Assembly: GCF_000196555.1 (NCBI RefSeq)
Contig: NC_015067.1
Location: 2,130,001-2,162,000 of the forward strand
DNA from: Bifidobacterium longum subsp. longum JCM 1217
GTDB lineage: Bacteria > Actinomycetota > Actinomycetes > Actinomycetales > Bifidobacteriaceae
DNA length: 32,000 bases
Direction of reading: 5' to 3'
Position 1 is the first letter of the stretch, and every line of letters begins with the position of its first letter. A program made the position numbers and the translations under genes. The notes under the pieces were generated by a model. It was given only the letters and a program-made list of their open reading frames with translations, was not told where the DNA came from and did not search any database. Of the stretch, positions 1 to 8,952 are shown one piece after another.

Positions 1-53
1 GGGACTCGGCGACGCCGGTGACCGTCTCTATGGCGTAATTGACTGATTTCCCT

Positions 54-76
54 GGCTCCCCTCCCCGAGGGGAGCC
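54..76. repeat. GC-rich hairpin, copy 1 of a CCCCTC/GAGGGG-core hairpin family
   Basis: Arms GGCTCCCCT (54-62) and AGGGGAGCC (68-76) are perfect complements with a 5-nt loop. The same core recurs at 3105-3149 and 8922-8944. No T-tract on either side, so it is not a textbook intrinsic terminator. Confidence 0.5.
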
Positions 77-93
77 AACATAACGGAACATCT

Positions 94-573
94 ATGCAAA
101 TCGACATTATTGCGCCGGGGCGCGTGAAGGAGCGTTACCTTCGCGACGCCATTGACGAGTATTCCAAGCGACTTTCGCGCTACTGCAAGCTCAACATCAT
201 TGAAGTGGCAGATGAGAAAACGCCTGACCATGCCTCCGAAGGCGTTGACCGACAGATCAAGGCCAGAGAAGGCGAACGCATCGCCAAGCATCTGAAGGAC
301 GGCGCGTTTGTTATTGCCCTTGCCATCAATGGCAAGCAGCTGTCCAGTGAAGAATTGGCCGCCAAAATCAACGACCTTGGATTGCGTGGCACCAGCCATA
401 TTCAGCTGGTCATCGGCGGTTCAATCGGCCTTGACGACGCGATTCTGCGTCGTGCTGATTTTCTGCTGAGTTTCTCGAAGATGACGTTCCCGCATCAGCT
501 TATGCGCGTGATTCTGCTGGAGCAGATCTATCGCGCTTATAAAATCAACGCTGGCGAGCCGTATCACAAGTAA
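94..573 (+). CDS. rlmH: 23S rRNA (pseudouridine1915-N3)-methyltransferase RlmH (SPOUT family)
   Basis: 159-aa ORF of typical RlmH length. The C-terminal block [10 protein letters not shown]...[39 protein letters not shown] matches the conserved RlmH/YbeA knot region. Confidence 0.9.
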   Translation: MQIDIIAPGRVKERYLRDAIDEYSKRLSRYCKLNIIEVADEKTPDHASEGVDRQIKAREGERIAKHLKDGAFVIALAINGKQLSSEELAAKINDLGLRGTSHIQLVIGGSIGLDDAILRRADFLLSFSKMTFPHQLMRVILLEQIYRAYKINAGEPYHK

Positions 574-583
574 AACGCCATAC

Positions 584-748
584 CTCATGGGGCGGGAAAT
601 CCCCCATGGGGCGGTAATTGCCCCATGAGGCGGCAAAATCCTCATGGGGCGGTATGCCAAAATGGCTTAATTCCGCGGTTTCACATATTCTTCAAACCGC
701 CCCATGGGCAAGTTACCGCCCGATGAGCCTGTAACCACCCCATGGGCG
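584..748. repeat. Intergenic array of seven CyCATGrGGCGG units: four direct, then three inverted
   Basis: Forward units start at 584, 603, 622 and 641 (exact 19-bp period). Reverse-complement units start at 697, 717 and 737 (20-bp period). The array fills the gap between the convergent rlmH and phosphodiesterase genes. ORFs 421..660(-) and 681..995(-) across it look like artefacts. Confidence 0.85.
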
Positions 749-768
749 CATCAATAACGCCCTCAACC

Positions 769-1878
769 TCACACTGCGTCGGGGACGAACGCTTCGAAGA
801 TGTGGCGGTCGAAGTAGGGGGCGCACTGGGCGAGTTCATCGCTGCTGCGCACGGTCCATGAAACCGGCATCGCACCCATCGAACGAGCGAGCTTGACTTG
901 CGGCGAAGCGCCACCAGTCCAGTCATAAGCCACGAAATCAGGACGAGACAGCCAGTCGAACGCCAGTAAGCCGGCGGCCCATTCAGCCGCACCATTCTTG
1001 CTCAGCTTCGCCGGCCAGCTCAGCTGACCGCGGCACACCTCAGGGTGATGCTCCTTGTACCAATTCACCGCGCCCGGGTGGAAGGATTCGATCACGTACG
1101 GGCCGTCATACGCCTCAAGCAAGGCGTGGCCCTTTTCCATGAGCTCTTCGCTACGCTCATCCCAAGCCCTGTTGTTGCTGAACTTGTATTCCACAATCAG
1201 CGGAGCCCGGCCGGCCACCACGTCCAGCACATCGGAGAACAGCGGCACATGCTGGTAGTACCCCTTCGGCGCGGCGGACGGCGTGACCACCAGCGGCGGG
1301 TTCGCGTCGGCACCCGGCAACGGTTCGGCCTTCAAATCGCCTGACTCGCCGTTCGGGAAGAGCGGAATACGGGCGAGTTCGTCGTAAGTCAGGTCTTCGA
1401 TGCGGCGCGGATCGCCGGCCACGCGCAACAAATCGGCGTCATGGACCACGACCACTTGGCCGTCGAGCGTAAGCTGCACGTCGAGTTCGATGCCATAGCC
1501 AGCCTCGCAGGCGGCGGCGAACGCGGCCAGCGAGTTTTCGGGAGCAATCGGACCGGTCATATCCGCACTGCCGTAGCCGGCCTTGACAGCCATGCGACGG
1601 GCAAGCGACACATAATCATCGTTTTCGGCGATGGATCGCTCAGTGGTATCGGCTTGGGCGCTAACCGGATTATCCCCACCATAATCAGCGATATCGGTAT
1701 AGCCGACCAAACCAGAACCCGCATCATGCAAGCCACGATGGGCATACCATACCTCCGGAATGGAGGGCACGAAATTACGACGCTTGTCATTGAACGTGCG
1801 CGGGGCCACGGCCCACACGGCAGCACCGGCGGCGGCCACGCCTGCCAGCGCCACGTTTCTCCAGAGCTTCGACGACAT
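769..1878 (-). CDS. Membrane-anchored glycerophosphodiester phosphodiesterase (GDPD family)
   Basis: 369-aa ORF. N-terminal hydrophobic segment (NVALAGVAAAGAAVWAVA), then GDPD motifs YAHRGLHD and ENSLAAFAAACEAGYGIELDVQLTLDGQVVVVHD. GGAAGGA lies 5 nt upstream of ATG 1878. Confidence 0.85.
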   Translation of the reverse strand: MSSKLWRNVALAGVAAAGAAVWAVAPRTFNDKRRNFVPSIPEVWYAHRGLHDAGSGLVGYTDIADYGGDNPVSAQADTTERSIAENDDYVSLARRMAVKAGYGSADMTGPIAPENSLAAFAAACEAGYGIELDVQLTLDGQVVVVHDADLLRVAGDPRRIEDLTYDELARIPLFPNGESGDLKAEPLPGADANPPLVVTPSAAPKGYYQHVPLFSDVLDVVAGRAPLIVEYKFSNNRAWDERSEELMEKGHALLEAYDGPYVIESFHPGAVNWYKEHHPEVCRGQLSWPAKLSKNGAAEWAAGLLAFDWLSRPDFVAYDWTGGASPQVKLARSMGAMPVSWTVRSSDELAQCAPYFDRHIFEAFVPDAV

Positions 1879-1903
1879 TGGAATCCTTCCTGTTGGGCTG
1901 CCT

Positions 1904-3043
1904 CTAGCCTAACGCTTCTGCCAGCCATTGTGGAGTGGTTGGATCATCCGGTTTCAGCGCGCGGTCCAGGTGGTTGGCGCGCAGTGGCTCCCAGCTGAAA
2001 TCTGCCAGCAGATCGGCGGGTTTGCAAGGAATTGGAGTGGGTTGCAGACGCAGCAGCCAGGCGCAGTATCCGATGATTTGCTCGGGGGTTACGTTGCGGG
2101 CGCGCAAGGCTCCCATATCCAGCGAACGTTCGCGCTTGGCTAAACGCCGGCCGGCCGCATTGTCGATAAGCGGCAGGTGCGCATACTCGGGGTGCTCGGC
2201 GAGAGGCTTTTCCGTGTTGCCGCATTCCGGCTCAAAGCCGCCAGCCAACAGACACTGGCGAATCCACATTTGCAGCGCGGTGGAGCGCAGCAGATCACGG
2301 CCGCGCACGATATCATCAACACCCATATCGAGGTCATCCACGACCACGACCAGTTGATAGCCGAACAGTCCATCGGCTCGGCGAATCACGGAATCGCCTA
2401 CCTCGCGGGCCAAATCGTAGTGCTGTGGACTATAGACACGGTCGTTAAAGCATGCGACACCATCAACGATTCCGGCATCGCCCTGCTGTTCCGGCGGCAC
2501 GGCTCCCGACAGCGCAGCGGAATCGTCAGGCACTGTACGTTGCTTTTCTCCCGCTGCCGATTCCGGCATGGCGATACGGATGGAATGCTGGTCGCCGCGA
2601 ACCAAACGGGCACGGACCTCGTCGGGATGGTCGTGCAGCAGGCGGCGGCACGTGCCGGGGTACACCATGAAGCCGTCGCCCTCGTTGGGGGCCGAGGCGG
2701 CGCGAATGTCGGCACGCGAGCAGAAACAGGGGTACAGCACACCTTGCGAGCGCAGGCATTCGAGAGCGTATTCGTATCGTTCAGTGCGCTGGGATTGGAA
2801 CATCGGTTCGCCATCCCAGTCGAGGCCGAGCCAATGCAGGTCATCCATCATGAGCTGGTCCGCACCGGCGACCACACGCGGCTTGTCCACGTCCTCGATA
2901 CGCATCAGCATGCGGTCGCCACGCGAGCGGGCCGAAAGCCATGCACCCAACATGGCGTACACGTTGCCGATATGCATGCGCCCCGACGGCGTCGGCGCGA
3001 ATCGTCCAGTCACTGGCCCTCCTCGTATGAAGTTCAGCACCAT
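1904..3043 (-). CDS. gluQRS: tRNA glutamyl-Q(34) synthetase (GluQRS, truncated GluRS paralogue)
   Basis: 379-aa ORF. N-terminus [24 protein letters not shown]...MRIEDVD is the class-I GluRS/GluQRS catalytic signature, and there is no anticodon-binding domain. The start is uncertain: ATG 3043 sits only 12 nt from a hairpin, and an in-frame GTG at 3010 is an alternative. Confidence 0.8.
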
Positions 3044-3054
3044 GGTAGCGAAAA

Positions 3055-3078
3055 GGCTCTCCTCCTCAGAGGAGAGCC
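3055..3078 (-). terminator. Intrinsic terminator candidate downstream of clpB
   Basis: Perfect 10-bp stem GGCTCTCCTC/GAGGAGAGCC with a 4-nt loop. On the minus strand it is followed by TTTTCG. Confidence 0.6.
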
Positions 3079-3104
3079 AATATAGTGAAGCTCGCCAGCC
3101 CGAA

Positions 3105-3149
3105 CTCCCCTCAGTCAGCTTCGCTGACAGCTTTGCTCAGAGAGGGGAG
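3105..3149. repeat. CCCCTC/GAGGGG hairpin, copy 2, with an extra inner hairpin in the loop
   Basis: Outer arms CTCCCCTC (3105-3112) and GAGGGGAG (3142-3149). The loop holds a second hairpin, GTCAGC-TTCG-GCTGAC. TCAG flanks the inner segment on both sides, as if a segment had been inserted into a CCCCTCAGAGAGGGG unit like the one at 8922-8944. Confidence 0.55.
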
Positions 3150-3159
3150 CCAGTGATTG

Positions 3160-5829
3160 TCACTTGTCTTCGGTGACGTTGTCCACGCTCACGTCCGGAT
3201 TGTCGGAGACAATCTGGTCGCTCGCCCAAGCGGAGAGCTCCAGATGTTCGCCGCCGGTCTGGTCGACGAGCACGGTGTCACCGTCGTGGACCTTGCCGGC
3301 CAGCAGCATACGGGCCAGCTGGTCGCCCACTTCGGTCTGTACCAGGCGGCGCAGCGGACGAGCGCCATAAGCCGGGTCGTAACCGGTGTTGGCCAGCCAT
3401 TCGCGAGCCGAGTCGGTGACGTCCAGCGTGATGCGGCGATCGGTCAGACGCTGGGACACGCCAGCCACCTGGATATCCACGATGCCGCCAAGCTCCTCGC
3501 GCGTAAGCGGGTGGAACATGACGATGTCGTCCAGACGGTTCAGGAACTCCGGCTTGAAGTTCATGTGGACAGCGTCCATCACGGCCTTTTTCTTGGCGTC
3601 GGCGTCCATGTCCTCGTTCACGAGGAACTGCGAGCCGAGGTTAGAGGTCATAATCAGGATCGTGTTCTTGAAGTCCACGGTCCTTCCCTGGCCATCGGTC
3701 AGGCGACCATCGTCAAGTACCTGCAGCAGCACGTCGAAGATCTCCGGGTTGGCCTTCTCGACCTCGTCGAACAGCACCACGGAATACGGGCGACGGCGCA
3801 CGGCCTCGGTCAGCTGGCCGCCCTGCTCGTAGCCCACGTAGCCCGGCGCCGCGCCAATCAGGCGCGAGACCGAAGCCTTCTCCATGTATTCGGACATGTC
3901 GATGCGGACCATGGCCTTCTCGTCGTCGAACAGGAAGTCGGCGAGCGCCTTGGCCAGTTCGGTCTTGCCCACACCGGTGGGGCCGAGGAACAGGAACGAT
4001 CCGGTCGGACGGTTCGGGTCGGAGATGCCGGCACGCGAACGGCGCACCGCGTCGGACACGGCGGCGATGGCTTCCTTCTGGCCGATCACACGCTTGCCGA
4101 GGTAGTCCTCCATGTGCAGCAGCTTCTCGTTTTCGCCCTGCATCAGGCGGCCGACGGGAATGCCGGTCCAGTCGGAGACGATCTCAGCCACCGAGTCGGC
4201 GTCCACACGGTCCGGGACCATCGGCTCATCGGCCGGGTTGGCCGCGCTGGCATCGGCAGATTCGGCATCCGCGCTCTCCGCGGCGGCAAGCTCCTTCTGA
4301 ATGGACGGAATCTCGCCGTACAGAATCTTCGAGGCCTCCGCCAAGTTGCCTTCACGGGTATACTTATCCGCCTGCACGCGCAGGTCGTCGAGCTTGGCAC
4401 GCAGGTCGCCGACCTTGTTGTGGCCAGCCTGTTCCGCATCCCAACGCGCCTTGAGACCGCTGAGCTTCTCACGGGTGTCCGCAAGTTCGGCTTGCAGCTT
4501 GCCCAGACGCTCCTTGGACGCAGGATCCTCGGCCTTCTTGAGCTGCATTTCCTCCATTTCAAGACGGGTCACCTTGCGCTGCAGCTCATCGATCTCCTCA
4601 GGCGAGGAGTCGAGCTCCATACGCAGGTGAGCGGCCGCCTCATCGACCAGATCGATGGCCTTGTCCGGCAGCTGACGACCCGAAATGTAACGGTTCGAGA
4701 GGGTCGCGGCGGCAACCAGCGCGTCGTCGCCGATCGTTACCTTATGGTGCGCCTCGTAACGCTGCTTCAGACCACGCAGAATGGCGATGGTGTCTTCCAC
4801 GCTCGGCTCACCCACGAACACCTGCTGGAAACGACGCTCCAGCGCCGGATCCTTCTCGATGTTCTCGCGGTACTCGTCCAGCGTGGTCGCGCCGATCAGG
4901 CGCAGCTCGCCACGGGCCAGCATGGGCTTCAACATATTGCCGGCATCCATCGAGCCTTCGGCCGCACCCGCGCCGACGATGGTGTGGATCTCATCGATGA
5001 AGGTGATGATCTGACCATCCGCATTCTTGATTTCGTTCAGGACGCTCTTCAGGCGCTCCTCGAACTCGCCACGGTACTTCGAACCGGCCACCATGGAGCC
5101 CAAGTCAAGGGAGATGAGCTTCTTGCCTTGCAGGGTGGTGGGCACGTCGCCCGCCACGATACGCTGGGCCAAACCCTCCACGACGGCGGTCTTGCCGACG
5201 CCGGGCTCGCCAATCAGCACCGGGTTGTTCTTGGTACGACGGGAGAGGATCTGAATCACGCGGCGGATTTCCTGGTCACGTCCGATGACCGGGTCCAGCT
5301 TGCCTTCCTTGGCGGCGGCCGTCAGGTCGGTGGAGTACTTCTCTAGGGCCTTGTACGAGCCTTCCGCGTCCGGGCTGGTGACCTTCGCGCCACCACGCAC
5401 GCCGGGTACGGCCTTGCGCAGGGAGGCTGCGGTGACGCCGTTCTTCTCCAAGATTTCGGCCGACTGGTTCGGCTTGCTGGCCGCGATGCCGATAAGCAGA
5501 TGTTCGGTGGAGACGTATTCGTCGCCCATCTGCTGCATTTCCTTCTCAGCCTGGGCGATGGCGGCGGTCAGCTGGCGGCTGGCCTGTGGCTGCGAGGTGC
5601 TGGATCCGGATGCGCTCGGCAGCGCGACCAAAGCGTTGCGCACCGCCGCGCCGATGGCCTGCGGGTCCCCGCCCGCGGCCTCGATCAGAGAGCGCGCCAC
5701 GCCGTTTTCCTGGCGCAGCAGCGCATCCATGACGTGCAGGGTCTCGACCTGCGCGTTTCCTGCGGCGGACGCACTCTGAATCGCGTCGCCGACGGCTTCT
5801 TGGGCCATAGTGGTGAACTTCTGTTCCAT
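3160..5829 (-). CDS. clpB: ATP-dependent chaperone/disaggregase ClpB
   Basis: Two AAA+ modules with Walker A motifs GEPGVGKT and GPTGVGKT, a long coiled-coil middle domain between them, and an N-terminal Clp_N region. I prefer ATG 5829 (MEQKFTT) because GAGGAA lies 6 nt upstream. The ORF track extends to 5844. Confidence 0.95.
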   Translation of the reverse strand: MEQKFTTMAQEAVGDAIQSASAAGNAQVETLHVMDALLRQENGVARSLIEAAGGDPQAIGAAVRNALVALPSASGSSTSQPQASRQLTAAIAQAEKEMQQMGDEYVSTEHLLIGIAASKPNQSAEILEKNGVTAASLRKAVPGVRGGAKVTSPDAEGSYKALEKYSTDLTAAAKEGKLDPVIGRDQEIRRVIQILSRRTKNNPVLIGEPGVGKTAVVEGLAQRIVAGDVPTTLQGKKLISLDLGSMVAGSKYRGEFEERLKSVLNEIKNADGQIITFIDEIHTIVGAGAAEGSMDAGNMLKPMLARGELRLIGATTLDEYRENIEKDPALERRFQQVFVGEPSVEDTIAILRGLKQRYEAHHKVTIGDDALVAAATLSNRYISGRQLPDKAIDLVDEAAAHLRMELDSSPEEIDELQRKVTRLEMEEMQLKKAEDPASKERLGKLQAELADTREKLSGLKARWDAEQAGHNKVGDLRAKLDDLRVQADKYTREGNLAEASKILYGEIPSIQKELAAAESADAESADASAANPADEPMVPDRVDADSVAEIVSDWTGIPVGRLMQGENEKLLHMEDYLGKRVIGQKEAIAAVSDAVRRSRAGISDPNRPTGSFLFLGPTGVGKTELAKALADFLFDDEKAMVRIDMSEYMEKASVSRLIGAAPGYVGYEQGGQLTEAVRRRPYSVVLFDEVEKANPEIFDVLLQVLDDGRLTDGQGRTVDFKNTILIMTSNLGSQFLVNEDMDADAKKKAVMDAVHMNFKPEFLNRLDDIVMFHPLTREELGGIVDIQVAGVSQRLTDRRITLDVTDSAREWLANTGYDPAYGARPLRRLVQTEVGDQLARMLLAGKVHDGDTVLVDQTGGEHLELSAWASDQIVSDNPDVSVDNVTEDK

Positions 5830-5964
5830 ATCGTATTCCTCCATATCATGCGGTCTGCGCAGTGCGGCTCGCGGGCTTCGAAAGCCCTGCGAGCGTTGCG
5901 ACAGACCGCAGCTTGTCGTTGTCTGATATGGTCAACCGACCTGGAACCCATTCTATTCCCAAAA

Positions 5965-5985
5965 CTTGAGTGCATATGACTCAAG
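5965..5985. promoter_or_regulatory. HspR-associated inverted repeat (HAIR) operator in the clpB upstream region
   Basis: CTTGAGT-GCATATG-ACTCAAG matches the actinobacterial HAIR consensus CTTGAGT-N7-ACTCAAG exactly. The palindrome extends to CCAAAACTTGAGT...ACTCAAGTTTTGG (5959-5991). It lies about 135 nt upstream of the clpB start. Confidence 0.85.
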
Positions 5986-6047
5986 TTTTGGATTTTGGTG
6001 GGGAGGGTGACTAGTAGCCCCCTCTGATGAGGAAGCTTGGGCAGCCG

Positions 6048-7607
6048 CTACTTCAGTGCGCCGACGGCGGATTCGGCGGCGGCGAGGACTTCGCCGGAGA
6101 GAATCGCCTCGGCCACGCCCTCAATCTGCGGGGTGGTCCAGGTATCGCGTACGTCGGGGCCGATTTCGTTGGCGTACTGGCGCACCACGCGGTATACGGC
6201 GGCGCCCGCCGCACCCGGACGGTACGGCTTGCGGAAGTCGAAGGAGCGGCAGGAGCACAGCAGTTCCACGGCCAGCACGCGCGCAAAGGCCGGAATCGAC
6301 CGGCGCAGCTTGCGGGCGGCGGCCCAACCCATCGACACGTGATCTTCCTGCATGGCGGAGCTTGGAATCGAATCGACCGAGGCAGGCACGGCGTTACGCT
6401 TCATTTCGGAGACGATGCCGGCAGCGGTGTATTGGGCGATCATGAAACCGGAGTCCACGCCCGGGTCACCAGCCAGGAACGCCGGCAGGCCGCGGTTGCG
6501 CGCCACGTCAAGGAAGCGGTCGGTACGACGCTCGGAGATAGAGGCTACGTCGGCGGTCGGAATCGCCAGGAAATCGAGCACATAGGCCAGCGGCGCGCCA
6601 TGGAAGTTGCCGTTGGACTCCACACGGCCGTCCAGCGTGACGCACGGGTTATCGATGGCGGAGGCGAGTTCCACGCCCGCCACGGAGGCCGCGTATTCCA
6701 CGGTGTCGCGGGCGGCGCCGTGCACCTGCGGGGTGCAGCGCAGCGAGTAGGCGTCCTGCACACGCACGGTGGAGCCCGGGCGGCCGGCCTCAATCAGACC
6801 AGAGTCCTTGAGCATGCGGGCGATGTTCGCGGCGGAATCGCCTTGGCCGCGATGCGGGCGCAGCGCCTGCAAGTCGGCGGCGAATACGCGGTCGTTGCCG
6901 AGCATGCCTTCCACGCTCATCGCGGCGGCGACATCCGCGGTCTTGAGCAGCAGGCGCAGATCGGTGATGGCCATACACAACATGCCGAGCATGCCGTCGG
7001 TGCCGTTGACCAGCGCCAGTCCTTCCTTCTCTTTCAAATCGACGGGCGTGATGCCGGCCGCACGCAGCGCTTCGCCGCCGCCGATCTTGAGGCCGTCAGC
7101 GTTGCGGGCCTCGCCTTCACCCATCGCCACCAAAGCACAGGCTGCGAGCGGCGCCAGATCACCGGAGCATCCGAGTGAACCGTATTCGTAGACCACCGGG
7201 GTGATGCCGGCGTTCAGCATATCGGCGTAGACCTGCGCGGTTTCCGGGCGCACACCGGTGCGTCCGGTGCACAGGGTGCTCAGGCGCAGCACCAGCAGGC
7301 CGCGCACCACCTCACGCTCCACTTCCGGTCCGGCACCGGCGGCATGCGAGCGGATCAGACTTTTCTGCAGCTGCGCGCGCTGTTCCTTGGGGATGGAGGT
7401 GGAGGCGAGCGCGCCGAATCCGGTGGAGATGCCGTAATGCGGCACGGTGTCGTCGGCCAAATGATCGATAACCGCGCGACTCAGCGCCATCTCATGCTTC
7501 GATTCGTCCGAAATCGCCACTTTGGCGCCGCCGCGCGCTACGGCGATAACGTCCTCGATGCTCAGCGCTCCAACACCTACGGTGACCGTCTGCTCTGCCA
7601 TGCTCAT
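6048..7607 (-). CDS. hutH: Histidine ammonia-lyase (aromatic amino acid lyase family, MIO cofactor)
   Basis: 519-aa ORF with the MIO-forming segment YGSLGCSGDLAPLA and family-typical NGTDGMLG and QDAYSLRC blocks. ATG 7601 is an alternative start, since GAAAGG lies 7 nt upstream of it. Confidence 0.85.
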   Translation of the reverse strand: MSMAEQTVTVGVGALSIEDVIAVARGGAKVAISDESKHEMALSRAVIDHLADDTVPHYGISTGFGALASTSIPKEQRAQLQKSLIRSHAAGAGPEVEREVVRGLLVLRLSTLCTGRTGVRPETAQVYADMLNAGITPVVYEYGSLGCSGDLAPLAACALVAMGEGEARNADGLKIGGGEALRAAGITPVDLKEKEGLALVNGTDGMLGMLCMAITDLRLLLKTADVAAAMSVEGMLGNDRVFAADLQALRPHRGQGDSAANIARMLKDSGLIEAGRPGSTVRVQDAYSLRCTPQVHGAARDTVEYAASVAGVELASAIDNPCVTLDGRVESNGNFHGAPLAYVLDFLAIPTADVASISERRTDRFLDVARNRGLPAFLAGDPGVDSGFMIAQYTAAGIVSEMKRNAVPASVDSIPSSAMQEDHVSMGWAAARKLRRSIPAFARVLAVELLCSCRSFDFRKPYRPGAAGAAVYRVVRQYANEIGPDVRDTWTTPQIEGVAEAILSGEVLAAAESAVGALK

Positions 7608-7621
7608 ACCTTTCTATATAC

Positions 7622-7655
7622 GTGCCGCATTCCGCATATACGGCATATGCGGCAC
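7622..7655. promoter_or_regulatory. Nested palindromes in the hutH/iclR divergent region (candidate operator)
   Basis: GTGCCGCAT (7622-7630) pairs with ATGCGGCAC (7647-7655). An inner pair is CCGCATAT (7632-7639) with ATATGCGG (7645-7652). The site lies 15-50 nt upstream of the hutH start. Confidence 0.45.
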
Positions 7656-7811
7656 ATGCTTCGCCGGGGATCCGCGACTGCCCGCATTCGCTCACCGCAC
7701 CTGCCCACCAACAGCAGGCGACGCAAACGCGACCAATCGCTCCCCGAGTAATCAAACCTTGGCCATTTCACCTCAGTCGGATGCCCGCCATAAGCCACTT
7801 CGTCCATCTTG

Positions 7812-7829
7812 TGTCTGAAATCTCAGACA
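7812..7829. promoter_or_regulatory. Palindrome TGTCTGA-AATC-TCAGACA just upstream of the IclR gene
   Basis: Perfect 7-bp arms 18-35 nt upstream of ATG 7847. The position fits an autoregulatory operator, but the function is inferred. Confidence 0.35.
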
Positions 7830-7846
7830 TGTAAGGTGATGGAAAT

Positions 7847-8722
7847 ATGAGCCATGCCTCGCAGCAATACGCCTTCACCGAGCCACGTACCGTCAAGCGG
7901 GCGCAGGTGAAGCCATCAGAACGGGAACATCAGACATCATCATCCGCGCCACGTGTCTCGCTGGCTCCGGCGGCCGACCGTACGCTCGACATCCTCGAGT
8001 TCATCGCGAGCAATGGTCAGACGCAAGCCGCCACGCTCGCTCGCGAACTCGGCATTCCGCGCTCCACGGTGTACCAATTGTTGGAGATTTTGGAGCGTCA
8101 CGGACTGGTCACCCGCCTTGCCGAGCAGCGCGCGTACGGCATCGGACTCAAGACTTTCGAGCTGGGATCGGCCTATTCTCGCCAACATCGTGTATCGCAG
8201 GTCGCGCATCCGGTGTTGGCGCGTCTTGTTGACGAGACCGGCGAAAACGGACATCTGGCCGTGCTGCACGGCAACGAAATCATTTATGTGATTGAGGAGC
8301 GCGCCGCGCATCGCCCGCCGCTAGTGTCAGGCGTGGGCGTGCGCCTACCCAGTCACCTGACCGCCACCGGGCGGGCCATTCTGTCCGCACTCCCCCGCAA
8401 TCAGGTCCGCGCGCTATATCCCAATCGTCAGGCGTTCACCGACCGCACCGGCATCGGCCCCAAATCGCCCAAGGAGCTGGAGGCGACGCTCGCCGAAACC
8501 CGGCGCACCGGTTTTGCCGAGGAACACGGCGACGTGACGCCCGGCTTCGATTCATACGCCGTCGCTGTGCGCGACTACAACGATTTCCCCATCGCCGGGC
8601 TGGCTCTCACTTTCGTGAGCGGATCGCTGCGCTCCGAACAGGAGCGGTCTCTTAAGACCAAGCTGCGGCTTGCCGGCGCGGAACTGTCCCGGCGTCTCGG
8701 CGCGGTCGGCAGTTTGACATGA
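7847..8722 (+). CDS. IclR-family transcriptional regulator
   Basis: 291-aa ORF. It has a winged-HTH segment (LDILEFIASNGQTQAATLARELGIPRSTVYQLLEILERHGLV) followed by an IclR-type effector domain (GHLAVLHGNEIIYV..., GFAEEHGDVTPGFDSYAVAV). Confidence 0.9.
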   Translation: MSHASQQYAFTEPRTVKRAQVKPSEREHQTSSSAPRVSLAPAADRTLDILEFIASNGQTQAATLARELGIPRSTVYQLLEILERHGLVTRLAEQRAYGIGLKTFELGSAYSRQHRVSQVAHPVLARLVDETGENGHLAVLHGNEIIYVIEERAAHRPPLVSGVGVRLPSHLTATGRAILSALPRNQVRALYPNRQAFTDRTGIGPKSPKELEATLAETRRTGFAEEHGDVTPGFDSYAVAVRDYNDFPIAGLALTFVSGSLRSEQERSLKTKLRLAGAELSRRLGAVGSLT

Positions 8723-8895
8723 GGATTCGCGAGATCATCGTGTTGGGCTCCTTCGCCCCGATCACGATTTTCTCAACTAAGTTCACCGATTCGCTGACCG
8801 GCAACGCCAAGCTCGCCGGCTTCTCGCTGACAGTGACGGCCATCATCAGCCTGGTGGTGATGACCGCCCTGCACGCACTTCTGCCGGGAGCGTAA
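8719..8895 (+). CDS. Small (58-aa) hydrophobic protein, translationally coupled to the IclR gene
   Basis: ATG 8719 overlaps the iclR stop as ATGA. It is below the ORF-track cutoff. Translation: MRIREIIVLGSFAPITIFSTKFTDSLTGNAKLAGFSLTVTAIISLVVMTALHALLPGA. It has a strong G/C third-position bias like neighbouring genes and one clear C-terminal TM segment. Confidence 0.4.
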   Translation: MRIREIIVLGSFAPITIFSTKFTDSLTGNAKLAGFSLTVTAIISLVVMTALHALLPGA

Positions 8896-8921
8896 GGCGC
8901 GTTCTTGTTCTCCGCCTGGAC

Positions 8922-8944
8922 GGTTCCCCTCAGAGAGGGGAACC
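8922..8944. repeat. CCCCTC/GAGGGG hairpin, copy 3 (between convergent genes)
   Basis: GGTTCCCCTC-AGA-GAGGGGAACC forms a perfect 10-bp stem. It sits between the small ORF stop (8895) and the FAH gene stop (8953). It is a possible bidirectional terminator but has no T-tract. Confidence 0.5.
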
Positions 8945-8952
8945 AGAACGAG

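Noticed and set aside
1-38. Possible 3' end of an upstream plus-strand gene (…DSATPVTVSMA-stop at 36-38).
   Set aside because: Only 12 codons are visible. The G/C third-position bias is suggestive, but that is too little to support a feature call.
421-995. ORFs 421..660(-) and 681..995(-) overlapping the CATGGGGCGG array, with translations containing repeated PHG/PWG/PMR.
   Set aside because: The apparent peptide repeats merely reflect translation of the DNA repeat. The ORFs overlap the ends of rlmH and the phosphodiesterase gene and have no start context.
3157-5346. 729-aa ORF on the plus strand, antisense to clpB. Similar long antisense ORFs occur at 2177-3085, 6027-7178, 8905-9945, 13154-14611, 19552-20718 and 27396-28880.
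   Set aside because: These are shadow ORFs typical of high-GC coding DNA. Their translations are low-complexity (R/A/G/V/L/H-rich) with no recognisable motifs, while the opposite strand encodes clearly identifiable proteins across the same span.
6048-7607. The HutH MIO triad reads Cys-Ser-Gly (GCSGDLAPL) instead of the textbook Ala-Ser-Gly.
   Set aside because: As I recall it, the family signature tolerates S/A/C at the first position, and actinobacterial histidases with CSG are known. It is probably a normal variant, not a novelty.
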